From the IMG/VR virus record IMGVR_UViG_3300047157_000068, positions 1 to 64,000 of that record: 64,000 nucleotides of DNA; one strand, 5' to 3'. The notes beneath the pieces were generated by a model. It worked only from the letters and a program-made list of their open reading frames with translations. It was not told where the DNA came from and made no database searches. The stretch comes from a virus. Positions 19,701 to 29,727 of this stretch are shown piece by piece; position 1 is the first letter of the stretch, and each line of letters starts with the position of its first letter. A program made the position numbers and the translations under genes.

Positions 19701-22700
19701 TACATCTGATTCAACATAAAAATCTAATATACCATTAGTATGCGTATAACCATATGCATATCTCATTTCAAAAAACCCATTAGGGTCACTACCATTCCAT
19801 GTTGAACTATCAAATGCACCTCCACATGAGTTTTCTCCTCTATCTAAATAATATAGATCATTTGGAACTATATCATCCCAACCACCAATAAGACCTGTGA
19901 GACCTAAACTTGATACTGCTCTAGCTAAATTAGTTATATCAAATCTTTGTGAGTTCATCCAATATCTTGGATAAGGTATGTTTACATATAAGGCATAATC
20001 AAATGTAAAACCATCTGGTTCTCCAAGCAAGTACCTGGTAAAAATAGGCATTATGGTTTTTTCTGTGTATCTTCCAACAAACGTATCACCAGCAAAACTA
20101 GGTGCTGATGAATATAAATAACCTAATGGCTTTTCTGGATCTAATAGTTCAACACAGCCTCTCATAGGTATTTGTTTAATACCTGAAAGCTGTCCATATT
20201 GATTATCAAAATTAAATTTTAATGCACCATAGTGTGCTGATATATCTGAACCACGTGGATTATCTTTTCCTGGAGATACAAAATAATCATCACTGTGAAC
20301 ATTCTCTGTACCATCAGCATTAACAGAACCACCTACTACAAATCTTGAATTATCTTGAACAGTAGGATTTGCAATTTCTTCACTCAATGATACTGCTACA
20401 GTTGTTGGTCTAAATAAATTGTTTATTTTATATTTTCCACTATCAAATGTTTGAAAAGAAGATCCTAAATAATTAGAGTCTTCATTTTTAATTCTCCATA
20501 AACCATTGTTAATTGGTGTAAAATCTGTAAACTGACCATCAGAATTATACTTCCACATGTAGTCTCTGTAATCAGTAGAATTATAAAATGCATCAATAAT
20601 TTCATTACCTGCAATAGCTATGTTTGTTTGAGTACTCAATAAGTTTGTGGCAATCTTAAGAAACTGTGGTAAGTTTGATACATTTGTATCATTACTACGT
20701 GTTCTTTCTACCTTACCAGTTTGAATTCCCGGAATTGCACCATCCTGTTGGTCTTTTTCAGCGTTATAATCTTCTGCATTTCGTGCAGAATTACCACCAA
20801 TATATAAATCACCTATCCCTGCAAGTGCATCAATAAGGTTTGTAGCGTTAAGATCAAAATCTATTCCTGCTGCGTTTTCATTTCCTCCTGCAGCTTCAGC
20901 TGATGCAACAGCTTGATCTCTTGCAGCATCAATATAATCATTAAATCTATCATCCCATGGTCCTTGAAAATCACCACCAGAAATTTCACCCCCACTTCTT
21001 GGAGTCCAGTTTACCGTAGCAACACCAGGTGGTACAGTTAACGTAACAAATCCATTGTTACCCCTTTGCGCTTTACCTTTTATTTCTTCTCCTTTAACTG
21101 TTGTACTAGATAGGTTAGTACTATTACTTGTAGCATTTCTACCAGTAGTACCTCTTAACTGATGCAAAGCATAACCAAATCCAATTATAGCTGAGGCAAA
21201 TGCAGCAATCCCTCTTATTATTTTTTGTTGAGGGTGATCTTCTGATGGTATAAAGTATCCTGATGATCTTCCTGATAATTCACCATATAAACGTGTCTCA
21301 TATGCATTTAAAAAAGGCTGCTTAAACATTAAGTCAGGAGATGAAAATGTAAAAACTGATTTTGAATATCCATCTAAAGGAGCAAAATCATCTATAGATT
21401 CTCCAAATTTATTACATCCTTCAGTTAATTTATCATTAACACCATCTTGAAAATACACATCAGGTCTTAAATCATTATAAGGATGATTAGGATATAAACC
21501 TTGAACAGTTTCACCTCCTATCAAATCTTCAGGATTAGGCACAGTATATTCTCTCATGTTTCTAAACAAGCCCTTTCCTAATATAGATTTAGCTCCTAGT
21601 CTTGAACCTCTTAGAAGTTCATACCCTACAACATTTGGTATATATGTACCATCATTATATTTAGGTCTTTCAATGTTATTAAATTGAACTCCTAAAATGT
21701 TTATTAAATCTATTCCAGTATTTGACAATGCAACAGTAGGTCCAACTTCTTCAGTTGGCATTTTATGATGTCTTATTGGTTTACCACATAAATCACCCCA
21801 TATATCTGGTTCATTTGGATATCTTTCTGTTGACTCCCAATAACCCATGTTACCTCTAGATGTTATTGTAGATCCATCAGGTAACTGTGAGACAGCAGTA
21901 CTTTCAACAGATGCTGTATTATATACTTTAAATAATTTTTCCCCGTCTGTTGTATTTAATACATTAGCTCCATTAAAAAATTCATCTTCATTATAAACAT
22001 CAGGACCTGGTACATTTGTAATTTGTCTAGTTACAACATTATACAATTCTGGAGCCCTACCGGGTATATGATATGAAGAAGATCTTTCCCCTGTATTATA
22101 TATCCATCTTATAAAAAAAGCATACTGCTCATCACGCAAAAAATTATATTTATTACCTCCCTTATGGTAATAGTTAGAAGGTAAAGAATTGGTAACCCAT
22201 TCAACCTTTATGTTATTTGCTAGTGGTTGATAGTTAAAGTCAAATTGTTCAACGGGTCCTTGTCTTATAAGCCAGTCATTTACAACAAACATTGATTCAG
22301 ACTTTTCATAAGCAGGACTCATTAAAGGTATTTGAATTAAGTCTACTGGAGGAAGCGCTTCATCAATATAATCAATGTTAATTTTCTTTTGTTGAGTGCT
22401 ATATAATCCTATTTTCTTTGCAGATGTTTGACCTTGATTTCTCCTGAGTATTACTAATTCATAGTATTCATATTTTTCATCTAAATTAGAAACTTCAATA
22501 TCTAATGATCCACTAGTACCTAAATGATCAAATATTGTTTGAATATTTGATATACCTATGTAGTCACCAACCTTTTGCTCATTTTCTGTATAAGCTATAA
22601 ATGCTTGATAAGATCCATTAGAAATCATACCTGAATCAACTGACTGAGATAAATTAATACAAGGTGTATCAACTAATGGTGCTAATCTTATTTTTTCACA

Positions 22701-23258
22701 ATTTAATGTTCTAGGAATAATATCTTCATATTCAACACAATCAGACCCATCAATATCTGGACCTGTAACCTGTATTTGATTCCATGGAATTTTATCTATA
22801 TTTAATGTTCTTGATGGGTTATTACCATCATCCCAATATACTTGCCATGTACAATCAAAATTTTCTTTAGCAGCTCCAGTAATTAAAAACTTTTTATTAA
22901 AATTTAAACACTGATCATTCACTAATGTTGTGTATGTACATTCACTATCATCAAATGTACCTATCTCAGAGTTTATATCATCTGTAGAATAAATAACCCA
23001 TTCATCTCCATATCTATGTATTGCACCTATAACTGTATAGGGTATAACACCACACATTAAATTTGATGGCTCATTTCCTATCATACCTAAATCTCCATCT
23101 TCAGAATTATTTGCTGCATTACGTGCATGCCACCATGATTGCTTACCTTCAAAAGAAGGAGCAACATCTTTATTCATACCTTTAGTAAATGAATTTGTGT
23201 TTACTGAAGATGTTCCTTGTGCAGCTGCACGTGGAGAAGAAGATTTCTTTTTTGCCAT
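16743..23258 (-). CDS. Tail stabilisation / muzzle protein with inserted VWA domain (2171 aa)
   Basis: N-terminus NSFTKGMNKD, YWDDGNNPSRTLN, RDEQYAF and WISFHDW motifs typical of the crAss-like muzzle; DVSGS MIDAS motif. Confidence 0.8.
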   Translation of the reverse strand: MAKKKSSSPRAAAQGTSSVNTNSFTKGMNKDVAPSFEGKQSWWHARNAANNSEDGDLGMIGNEPSNLMCGVIPYTVIGAIHRYGDEWVIYSTDDINSEIGTFDDSECTYTTLVNDQCLNFNKKFLITGAAKENFDCTWQVYWDDGNNPSRTLNIDKIPWNQIQVTGPDIDGSDCVEYEDIIPRTLNCEKIRLAPLVDTPCINLSQSVDSGMISNGSYQAFIAYTENEQKVGDYIGISNIQTIFDHLGTSGSLDIEVSNLDEKYEYYELVILRRNQGQTSAKKIGLYSTQQKKINIDYIDEALPPVDLIQIPLMSPAYEKSESMFVVNDWLIRQGPVEQFDFNYQPLANNIKVEWVTNSLPSNYYHKGGNKYNFLRDEQYAFFIRWIYNTGERSSSYHIPGRAPELYNVVTRQITNVPGPDVYNEDEFFNGANVLNTTDGEKLFKVYNTASVESTAVSQLPDGSTITSRGNMGYWESTERYPNEPDIWGDLCGKPIRHHKMPTEEVGPTVALSNTGIDLINILGVQFNNIERPKYNDGTYIPNVVGYELLRGSRLGAKSILGKGLFRNMREYTVPNPEDLIGGETVQGLYPNHPYNDLRPDVYFQDGVNDKLTEGCNKFGESIDDFAPLDGYSKSVFTFSSPDLMFKQPFLNAYETRLYGELSGRSSGYFIPSEDHPQQKIIRGIAAFASAIIGFGYALHQLRGTTGRNATSNSTNLSSTTVKGEEIKGKAQRGNNGFVTLTVPPGVATVNWTPRSGGEISGGDFQGPWDDRFNDYIDAARDQAVASAEAAGGNENAAGIDFDLNATNLIDALAGIGDLYIGGNSARNAEDYNAEKDQQDGAIPGIQTGKVERTRSNDTNVSNLPQFLKIATNLLSTQTNIAIAGNEIIDAFYNSTDYRDYMWKYNSDGQFTDFTPINNGLWRIKNEDSNYLGSSFQTFDSGKYKINNLFRPTTVAVSLSEEIANPTVQDNSRFVVGGSVNADGTENVHSDDYFVSPGKDNPRGSDISAHYGALKFNFDNQYGQLSGIKQIPMRGCVELLDPEKPLGYLYSSAPSFAGDTFVGRYTEKTIMPIFTRYLLGEPDGFTFDYALYVNIPYPRYWMNSQRFDITNLARAVSSLGLTGLIGGWDDIVPNDLYYLDRGENSCGGAFDSSTWNGSDPNGFFEMRYAYGYTHTNGILDFYVESDVNLAHRDWEDEPQKRIYEPYDYNDVDALFHARIEKADNFYKYDESLSPSKFPTQMTSFGLVQPLDYDPITAEECFVNYPKRLIYSLQAQEESKKDFWRVFLQNNYKDFKNDVSVIKPINKSGALIFFPHLSPQMFQGLDTLRTQLDTKLTIGDGGLFSQPFQNVANADLSNEYGSSESLRGVINTPLGLFFISQAQGKIFQYGGKGLDPISNNGMKWWFAKYLPSKFVKQFPESENSVWSDNPVAGVGCHVIYDSVDDIVYFMKKDYQLKSQYIATAEFTDSIAKPITITLGANSIPVDIGDPLYFDDCSWTVSYDPKAKAWISFHDWHPGLALPSINHFFTTNAFEDLNNPSCPPGYTFNPVNGLCEISINEVEDSEVTVTNIAADITGGATNCLLDIVIAMDVSGSTTPSGPPNYTPMVFDAAGNLVPGTGVMGNTDNGTAQLRWLDVFMNSTEVTDALAAGTMQIGTTMWAGASTQLLQGGLSMNSNATGVSLCNLYTANWPAGGGTSANNAIFGTGGINNPLTGNGGLAMLNNKSASSFSAQYPGRTQDPSFRQVLIVVTDGTQGANANSTANGVPQYQDSAIIATGRPNANTGNWAAGANQSADIDLQDEHKQEIFAVYCGATNPVPGVTALLDSISNTTYDVPNSTPGPNQYTMAANNNQSLLDSATAIAGDVCSIPFVCECPTGYTLVYPDPSTSTYSSSTGTCSDDPNLAPICRKVECECPPITVPGTVVTELGTCPDSAPLIYQIGDPNFIQPDPARCNYFYYISTQANYVYGGIWRHNVRCDSFANFYNVDYPWEIDLISNTGQAVNTIRSFEYQLETYVYKGDPQYNMCGGDKWEDLDFNFDASIIYNNDQTSGLLELNPQPVNSPWANLNYPIVNLNSIDILVSKVEHKFRFNQFWDITRDRGEFTNVEQSIFNTESNGYIRPLNTINLNYQKSPTERKKFRHYSNNLILRRNVSGNRKMLLRLNNTKLLLSQR

Positions 23259-23272
23259 AATATATTACTTCT

Positions 23273-24217
23273 TTAACAAGTTGGACATGATGCTGATGAT
23301 CCTGAAACAGACGGTGCTGTAACAACTCTTGGATTTGCAGGAGCATAACTTAAAAACATATTATAATAATTATGATATTGTGCTCTTCTATTCATTGTCC
23401 ATACTTTTCTCATCTCTTGGAAATTAGGTGTATTAACAAAACCAAGTGCATTATTTCTTGCTGCTCTCAATCTAGTTTCTACTAACCCTAATTGTTGTGA
23501 TACATTTTCACCATTCCAAACCATGTTTTCTAATATTCTTTGTTTTATTGCATACTCATAATATTCATTGCAATATGGTTGATCTAATACTAGCAAATCT
23601 CCTTCAGCATTTTCCATTGCTCCTTGAAAACTTAAATAGACTTTACCTGTACGGAATGTTGTAATTAAAAATCCGTCTTTAATTTCTGCTATATCTATAG
23701 CTTGAGCACCTAAACTAGGACAATAACAAACTTTATCATTAACATTTTTTATCCTTAGTTCAGTCCAATCTGTAAATGTTCTAAACTGACCTCCCCCTAT
23801 TCTTTGAACTAATTGATATTGATTTTTATCATTACAAGTCTTAACTACACATACGTCCTTACAAGCTTCTCCATCTTCACATGGTGCAGCATCATCTGGT
23901 GCTGGTATATATGGTACATCATTATATGTTTCTACGTGTGTGCCTGATGGCATAGAATTGTTTACTGTATATGAACCACATCTAAATGCATAATTTAAAT
24001 ATTGAAAATCAGAAGGCAATTGACCTTTACCATGTTCTATATCTATAATAACTTCTTTAGTTCTATGTATACGTAAACCCAAATCATAATTTACTCTTTG
24101 TGCAACTTTAATCAATTGTGCAGGTTCTATCATTCCTTCTAACGCATAGTTAGAAAAATCAATAGATACGTCTTCCATTAATTGACTAAATGTTCTATAT
24201 TTTTGTGATACCCCCAT
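23273..24217 (-). CDS. Tail tubular / ring protein
   Basis: Directly upstream of the muzzle; GQLPSDF motif; crAss-like synteny. Confidence 0.6.
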   Translation of the reverse strand: MGVSQKYRTFSQLMEDVSIDFSNYALEGMIEPAQLIKVAQRVNYDLGLRIHRTKEVIIDIEHGKGQLPSDFQYLNYAFRCGSYTVNNSMPSGTHVETYNDVPYIPAPDDAAPCEDGEACKDVCVVKTCNDKNQYQLVQRIGGGQFRTFTDWTELRIKNVNDKVCYCPSLGAQAIDIAEIKDGFLITTFRTGKVYLSFQGAMENAEGDLLVLDQPYCNEYYEYAIKQRILENMVWNGENVSQQLGLVETRLRAARNNALGFVNTPNFQEMRKVWTMNRRAQYHNYYNMFLSYAPANPRVVTAPSVSGSSASCPTC

Positions 24218-24227
24218 TGTTATAATT

Positions 24228-24902
24228 TTATGTTCTTGCTAGGTTACGTTTATTATCTGAATCTTCAGACGGTATTTTTAATGTACCCACCATAGTCTGT
24301 ATTACTTGACTTTCTATTTCAGCAAACAATGCTTCAGGTATATATATTTCTTGTTCATATCTAGGTGTACAATCATCTTCAGTATCACAATTCCATTTTG
24401 TAATGTCTGAATCAAAAACCCCTTCTACTTTAATTGCATCCCAAGCTATATTTGGACAATAGATATATCCATCAAGCCACCAAAAATAAAGAGTTTTATT
24501 ATATTTAAAAGATGTACTTTTAGTTAAAGAGGTATAAGTACCCGGCTGTGTGCCTTGTAATTCTTGAGATCCATCTATTGAACTAATAGTACGGATTAAT
24601 GGTCCCCAGTATCCTTCAAACATTGAAGGCAGTCTATGTTTTGTACGCTTTATAGTACAACCGCTTTGTATACCTGCACAATGAGCTTCAACTTTATCTA
24701 CGTCAATTAATTCTACATAAGGTAATGTTTTCCAGACTGAATTAAATTTTAATAATTTGTTTGCGTAATCTTGCCTTCTCATTAAAACCTGAGCATACTT
24801 TTCAATTAAGCTATAAATATATCTATCAGTAGTAAAGGCATCTTGAACCTCCGCTTTTACTTGGCCTCTAATTCTAGATATTGTTTCTGCTATTGTTGCC
24901 AT
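24228..24902 (-). CDS. Tail ring/adaptor protein
   Basis: Synteny; KRTKHRLP, YFWWLDGYIY and KVEGVF motifs resemble crAss-like ring proteins. Confidence 0.55.
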   Translation of the reverse strand: MATIAETISRIRGQVKAEVQDAFTTDRYIYSLIEKYAQVLMRRQDYANKLLKFNSVWKTLPYVELIDVDKVEAHCAGIQSGCTIKRTKHRLPSMFEGYWGPLIRTISSIDGSQELQGTQPGTYTSLTKSTSFKYNKTLYFWWLDGYIYCPNIAWDAIKVEGVFDSDITKWNCDTEDDCTPRYEQEIYIPEALFAEIESQVIQTMVGTLKIPSEDSDNKRNLART

Positions 24903-24907
24903 GTTTT

Positions 24908-25474
24908 TTATTTTTCAAATTCATTATAGTACTTTAATGCTTTGCTGGTTTCTTCAGGGTTTTCATCATAAAGATGAGCCACCTTATATTTGTTCTTCAT
25001 AACTAAATACTTGGTCCAGTTGACAGGGTAATTTTTTGCCACGCTTCTTTTAAATTCTCTGCATGCTACAAATCTCCATAACTCTCTATTTTTGAATCTA
25101 TATTTAGTTGAGTAATTTGTATAAAATATTTTTCCTAAATTGCCATCTGTTTCCCAGTTTTTATTTTGTAAAACTTTACCATATTGTTTTGATAATGCAT
25201 AATTAGTATTAATTGATTTAGATGAAGGACATGTTCCAATAAACAAATAACCTAATGAATCAGGCAATTCTACTCCATCTCTATTATCTACTACAGTATT
25301 CCAAAGTTTAACATTATATAATTTAATTATCTTTTTTAATTTAACGTTATCTATGTCAGAGTATAAAGGTTTTTTATCTTTAAACTCCTTAAATGTTTCT
25401 TCATTTAATAACCCAAGTCTTTTCTCTCTATATCTAGGAGCATTTAAATTGGGTTTTTTAAAATTGTTGATCAT
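24908..25474 (-). CDS. IHF/HU-like protein of the crAss-like tail module
   Basis: GVELPDSLGYLFI and WRFVACREFKR motifs; basic; conserved position before the ring/muzzle genes. Confidence 0.6.
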   Translation of the reverse strand: MINNFKKPNLNAPRYREKRLGLLNEETFKEFKDKKPLYSDIDNVKLKKIIKLYNVKLWNTVVDNRDGVELPDSLGYLFIGTCPSSKSINTNYALSKQYGKVLQNKNWETDGNLGKIFYTNYSTKYRFKNRELWRFVACREFKRSVAKNYPVNWTKYLVMKNKYKVAHLYDENPEETSKALKYYNEFEK

Positions 25475-25488
25475 ACAGTTATATTTAT

Positions 25489-25498
25489 AATTTACAAA
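25489..25498 (-). promoter_or_regulatory. Variant phage promoter motif TTTGTAAATT
   Basis: One-mismatch copy of the TTTGTATATT motif, just upstream of the 25474 start. Confidence 0.4.
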
Positions 25499-25531
25499 AA
25501 AAACCCCACTTAATGAAATTAAAAGTGAGGT
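25496..25531 (-). terminator. Intrinsic terminator
   Basis: ACCTCACT...AGTGGGGT stem followed by a U-run right after the phosphoesterase stop. Confidence 0.7.
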
Positions 25532-25533
25532 CT

Positions 25534-26757
25534 TTACAATGCTTGATATGTTAATTCACATATATTACCCATTGTAGGGTGTTGTAATTCAAGTTTACCA
25601 GATCTTCTATTACCAACATATTTATTGCTATAATGATAGTAATCTGTCTTTCCTAAACTTGGTAGCGTCTTTTCAATAAAACCTGCTGTCTCATTGGATG
25701 TCATATACTCTACCTTTCTGTCTGTATGTATATGACCTTTAAATAACGTTCTGTTTGTTGTAGCACCCCATTGTTTAGGATACTCTGATGCATAGATTAA
25801 AGGATTATTTTTGCTGCGTTTATCACCATGCTCAAAAGCATTAAAGTTATTATGCCAAACGTGAACTTTTCTTTCTTCATATTTAGTATCCCAAACTATC
25901 TCATCACTAATAATAGACTTAGATAAAGCATGAACTAAATGAAAAGAAGATAATCTATCATGATTACCTGGAACATATACAACAACTAATTCTTTACAAT
26001 ATGCTTTGATATAATTTATAGCCCAATGCATTGCATCAAATGCTTGCATATAAGCTTTTGTAGCAGGCATACAGTTATCTAATCCTGTTCCGCTAGTGGT
26101 AGTACCATCAAATGTATCCATGTTGATTAAATCACCTCCTACAACAAAGTACATTCTCTCTATATAATTAACTGGAGCTGCCTTTTGTATTAAGTAAGTA
26201 ACTGTATCTTCAAAATCTTTATCTATGGTATCATTACCTTCTTTCCCAAAATGAATATCTTGTAATGATATTACACCACACACAGGATCATTTGAGACAA
26301 TATTCTTTAGATTTACTTTAGGTAATTTATAAGTCTTAGGTTTCCAGTTTTCCAATAACTCTTTAAAAAGCTTTTCTTCTGGGTTTTTAATTTGAGATAT
26401 TAATGCTGACACTCTCCAGTGATCACCCATTTGTTTATTCCAATACTGAGATAGTTTCCATCTGTCAGTATCTATTTTTAGTAACTCAATTATTTCTTCT
26501 GCACTTTTAGGTTCATGATCAAAAGTTCCTGATATCTTACCTTCCCCTTTTTCTAAATCAATTGCTTCCACAACCTGAGCATTTTCTGCTGCTTTGCTGA
26601 AAAATATTGATTTCTTTTTTTTATTCTTCCTCTCAGCTAGTAATTCTTTTTTAATTTTTCTGTATTGTTTCTCAGTTATACCAAGTCTTTCACTACTAAT
26701 TGAAGGGTGTTTTTTCCACTTTAATGATTCTAATACTCTTTGTTTTAAATTGTCCAT
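25534..26757 (-). CDS. Calcineurin-like metallophosphoesterase with N-terminal HTH-like region (~407 aa)
   Basis: Motifs DIHFG, GGDLIN, PGNHD, HGD, GHIH. True start is likely MDNLKQ at 26757, since the longer ORF-track start reads through a terminator. Confidence 0.85.
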   Translation of the reverse strand: MDNLKQRVLESLKWKKHPSISSERLGITEKQYRKIKKELLAERKNKKKKSIFFSKAAENAQVVEAIDLEKGEGKISGTFDHEPKSAEEIIELLKIDTDRWKLSQYWNKQMGDHWRVSALISQIKNPEEKLFKELLENWKPKTYKLPKVNLKNIVSNDPVCGVISLQDIHFGKEGNDTIDKDFEDTVTYLIQKAAPVNYIERMYFVVGGDLINMDTFDGTTTSGTGLDNCMPATKAYMQAFDAMHWAINYIKAYCKELVVVYVPGNHDRLSSFHLVHALSKSIISDEIVWDTKYEERKVHVWHNNFNAFEHGDKRSKNNPLIYASEYPKQWGATTNRTLFKGHIHTDRKVEYMTSNETAGFIEKTLPSLGKTDYYHYSNKYVGNRRSGKLELQHPTMGNICELTYQAL

Positions 26758-26786
26758 AAAAATTTTTTTGATTATTGTAAAGATAT

Positions 26787-26820
26787 AAAAAAAAAAGAGA
26801 CTGGAATAAATCCAGCCTCT
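26787..26820 (-). terminator. Intrinsic terminator
   Basis: AGAGGCTGGA-TTTAT-TCCAGTCTCT plus a long U-run. Confidence 0.85.
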
Positions 26821-26866
26821 TCCAACGTTTGTAGTAGAAAACCAACAAACCACCACTTGTTGTTTT

Positions 26867-27427
26867 TTATTGTGCTCCTGTAGAAATTAAAATTTCAATT
26901 GGTTTACATGAAGCCCCTATTCCCTCATCCACAACTTTAATTTTATATTGTGTATTAGGTACTAGATTTGTTATTTTAAAATTATTTATAGTTGGCTGTA
27001 TTGGTGTTGCATTTGCTAATGTCCAACTACCCGCTCCTATTTGAGTTTGATAATAAACATTTAATCCAGTGCTATTACTCCATACACCATTCCAAAGTAC
27101 TTCAACTGAATTTTTAGTTACTACTCCAGCATAAACATTATATGGATCATGCTGAACATCATCTGATGTACATGCACCCAAGCCGTTTGCCAAGATCATA
27201 GAAAACTTTTGTATAATAGAGTCTAATCTTTCACCAGAAGTTATAACTATTTTGCTACCAGTTTCACCAATTTGAAATGATGTACCACAGTAGCTTACAC
27301 ATGATGCACATTGAACATCATCACATCTTTCGCTACCTACACTGCAATCAGTATAAGTACATGCATTAGTTATTGCTGTGTCAGCGCAACTACAATTTTT
27401 ATTACATTTTGTACAATTACAAGCCAT
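26867..27427 (-). CDS. Cys-rich virion protein with C-terminal fibronectin type III domain
   Basis: MACNCTKCNKNCSC; VEVLW...VYY...ITNLVPNTQYKIKV FN3 signature. Confidence 0.7.
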   Translation of the reverse strand: MACNCTKCNKNCSCADTAITNACTYTDCSVGSERCDDVQCASCVSYCGTSFQIGETGSKIVITSGERLDSIIQKFSMILANGLGACTSDDVQHDPYNVYAGVVTKNSVEVLWNGVWSNSTGLNVYYQTQIGAGSWTLANATPIQPTINNFKITNLVPNTQYKIKVVDEGIGASCKPIEILISTGAQ

Positions 27428-27442
27428 TTTTTATTTTTTATT

Positions 27443-29665
27443 TTATGAGCAACCTGCTACTATGTCCGCACTAATTTGAGAAGCATCTGCTGATGAATTA
27501 TATACACCTCCAGTTTGTGTTGCCAATTCTCTCCAAGGATATATCGGAGATGTCATACCAGACAATGTTTGACTTAAATTTACACCAGGTCCACAAACAT
27601 TATATTTAATTCCGTTATCATTTGCAAAAGCTATCATTGACTGAATACCAGCCCATGTAGTTGCGTCAAATGCATCTGACGTTCCTCCTGGTAAATTGTC
27701 AGTTACAATAATAACATACTTAGCTACATTGCTTCTAAAGGTTCCACTTAATGCAGCAGCTCCAACAACTAGTTGTGAAGCATAATCACATGGCTCAGGA
27801 CCATTAATCCCAGAACCTATATTAACACATGTTCCATCAACACCCCCGTTTAGTTTATCTAGTTGTGATGTAAACGTTGTTCCATTGTTAGTAGAAAATT
27901 GTTCCCAAGATGTTATAATTTGATATTTACCACCTGTTCCTAGATTTCTTACTTTTTGATTATTTGGTAAACCAGTATAGTCTACACAACCATCATATGG
28001 TGTAAAATCACTACTTGATTCATCTGCAGTAACTAATGCTAATCTATAATCATTAGAACCTGATGCTGTATCTATTGTATTAACAAGAGACGCTACACCT
28101 GCTTTTACATTATTAATGATTGGACTCATACTTGATGTATAGTCTAAAACAAATGCTACATCCATTCCTTCACTACAAGGAGCAGATCCTGCTACAGTTG
28201 TAAAACTTGTAACAAACGGACATTCTTTTGTAGCACCATCAATAACTATTTTTAATTTAGCTTCATATGCTGTATTAGGTGTTAAACCTGTAAATGTATG
28301 AGCTATTGAGCCACCAGGATTATTAAATACTTCTGTATCTACTACAGTTCCTGATTGTACTAAGTCTAGTGTATATTGTGCTGTTATTCCTAAATTATTT
28401 ATAAAAGACAGACTTACTTCTGTTGATCCTATATTATCTATCAAAACAGTAGGGCATGGTACAATTCCATCGGATACACTTGTTATTCTTGATTCACATG
28501 TATCACTACCATTTGATACTGCAAAATCAACTGTTATACTTATATCTTGAAATACATTTAATGAGCCGGTAGAAATGTTTACTCCAGATGCATTATTTTG
28601 CAATGAAGCTACATTTACTACTGAGCTAAGTGAACTACCGTTTGCATCAGTCAATGTAATAATTGAATGACCAGATGTATCATCAAAACCAACAGGTATT
28701 GTTGATCCGGTAAAATCAAAGTTAATTAAGTTTATTACACCTACTGTATTAGTTTGTCTTGATGTAGAGTAATCAAATACAACTGAATCACATCCACCAG
28801 GACAACAATTAGTTTGTATACTTTGTATAGCATTGTACATGTCATCTATAACTATCCAAGCATTTTGCACTGATTGAGCTAATGTAGATGGAGATGTATT
28901 ATATCCTGCTATTGAATTATATGTAGCATTTTCTGTTCCTAACATTGATGTTGAACCAATGATTACTGTTTGTGCCACAGCATTACTAATTAATGCAGGA
29001 GTACCTACAGCATCTCTTAAAGAACAAAAAGCACTCTCAAGTGCTAAAACTACAACTGATACATCAGTCAATTGACCAACTGTACTTACACATGTTGGAA
29101 TAATTTGTTCTTCAGTTGATAAACCAACTTGACATACATCACCAACAAATACACAATTTTCTATCCTAGTAAGTCTTGTATTTATATTAGCTATCTGTGC
29201 TTTAGCATCATTTATTTCTTGAACATTGTCACAGACTTTTTGAGCTATTAAAGTAGCGTACTCATCTAAAGGAAGTTGAGTTATTGGATTACCGTTTCTA
29301 TCATCTACTACTAAACATTGCTGCAATGTCATTATAGGTAAATCAATTGATTGTGCTCTTCTAGTTGCTGGATTAGCATTAGCACATATTTGTACTACCA
29401 TAGCTTGTAGTACAGGTACTATCTCTGTTGGATCAGTACCAGGTAAATCTAAACATGATAAATCTAAACCTGCTAAATCAGGATTTGCTTGAACACCACT
29501 TTCAATAAGGTCACATAATTTAGTAGCTAATTTAAATACTACTTCTGAAATAGTATCTCCATTACATAAATCTATGCAAGATATATCTGGTCCTTGCCAT
29601 ACTACACAATTAGAAGATATGCTATCACATCCATTTGTGGTGCCGCTTGAGTTTGTTGGGATCAT
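27443..29665 (-). CDS. Cys-rich fibre/spike protein with FN3 and C-terminal VWA domains
   Basis: FTGLTPNTAYEAKL (FN3); DVAFVLDYTSSM and YVIIVTD (VWA/MIDAS). Confidence 0.75.
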   Translation of the reverse strand: MIPTNSSGTTNGCDSISSNCVVWQGPDISCIDLCNGDTISEVVFKLATKLCDLIESGVQANPDLAGLDLSCLDLPGTDPTEIVPVLQAMVVQICANANPATRRAQSIDLPIMTLQQCLVVDDRNGNPITQLPLDEYATLIAQKVCDNVQEINDAKAQIANINTRLTRIENCVFVGDVCQVGLSTEEQIIPTCVSTVGQLTDVSVVVLALESAFCSLRDAVGTPALISNAVAQTVIIGSTSMLGTENATYNSIAGYNTSPSTLAQSVQNAWIVIDDMYNAIQSIQTNCCPGGCDSVVFDYSTSRQTNTVGVINLINFDFTGSTIPVGFDDTSGHSIITLTDANGSSLSSVVNVASLQNNASGVNISTGSLNVFQDISITVDFAVSNGSDTCESRITSVSDGIVPCPTVLIDNIGSTEVSLSFINNLGITAQYTLDLVQSGTVVDTEVFNNPGGSIAHTFTGLTPNTAYEAKLKIVIDGATKECPFVTSFTTVAGSAPCSEGMDVAFVLDYTSSMSPIINNVKAGVASLVNTIDTASGSNDYRLALVTADESSSDFTPYDGCVDYTGLPNNQKVRNLGTGGKYQIITSWEQFSTNNGTTFTSQLDKLNGGVDGTCVNIGSGINGPEPCDYASQLVVGAAALSGTFRSNVAKYVIIVTDNLPGGTSDAFDATTWAGIQSMIAFANDNGIKYNVCGPGVNLSQTLSGMTSPIYPWRELATQTGGVYNSSADASQISADIVAGCS

Positions 29666-29717
29666 AAATGTTTTATTTTACTATAATGTACTGCCGTCTT
29701 GTAAACTATACATTTAT

Positions 29718-29727
29718 AATATACAAA
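29718..29727 (-). promoter_or_regulatory. Phage promoter motif TTTGTATATT
   Basis: Exact copy of the recurring intergenic motif upstream of 29665. Confidence 0.55.

Noticed and set aside
26758-26856. N-terminal extension of the phosphoesterase ORF given in the ORF track
   Set aside because: It runs through a terminator hairpin, U-tract and promoter; ATG at 26757 is the plausible start.
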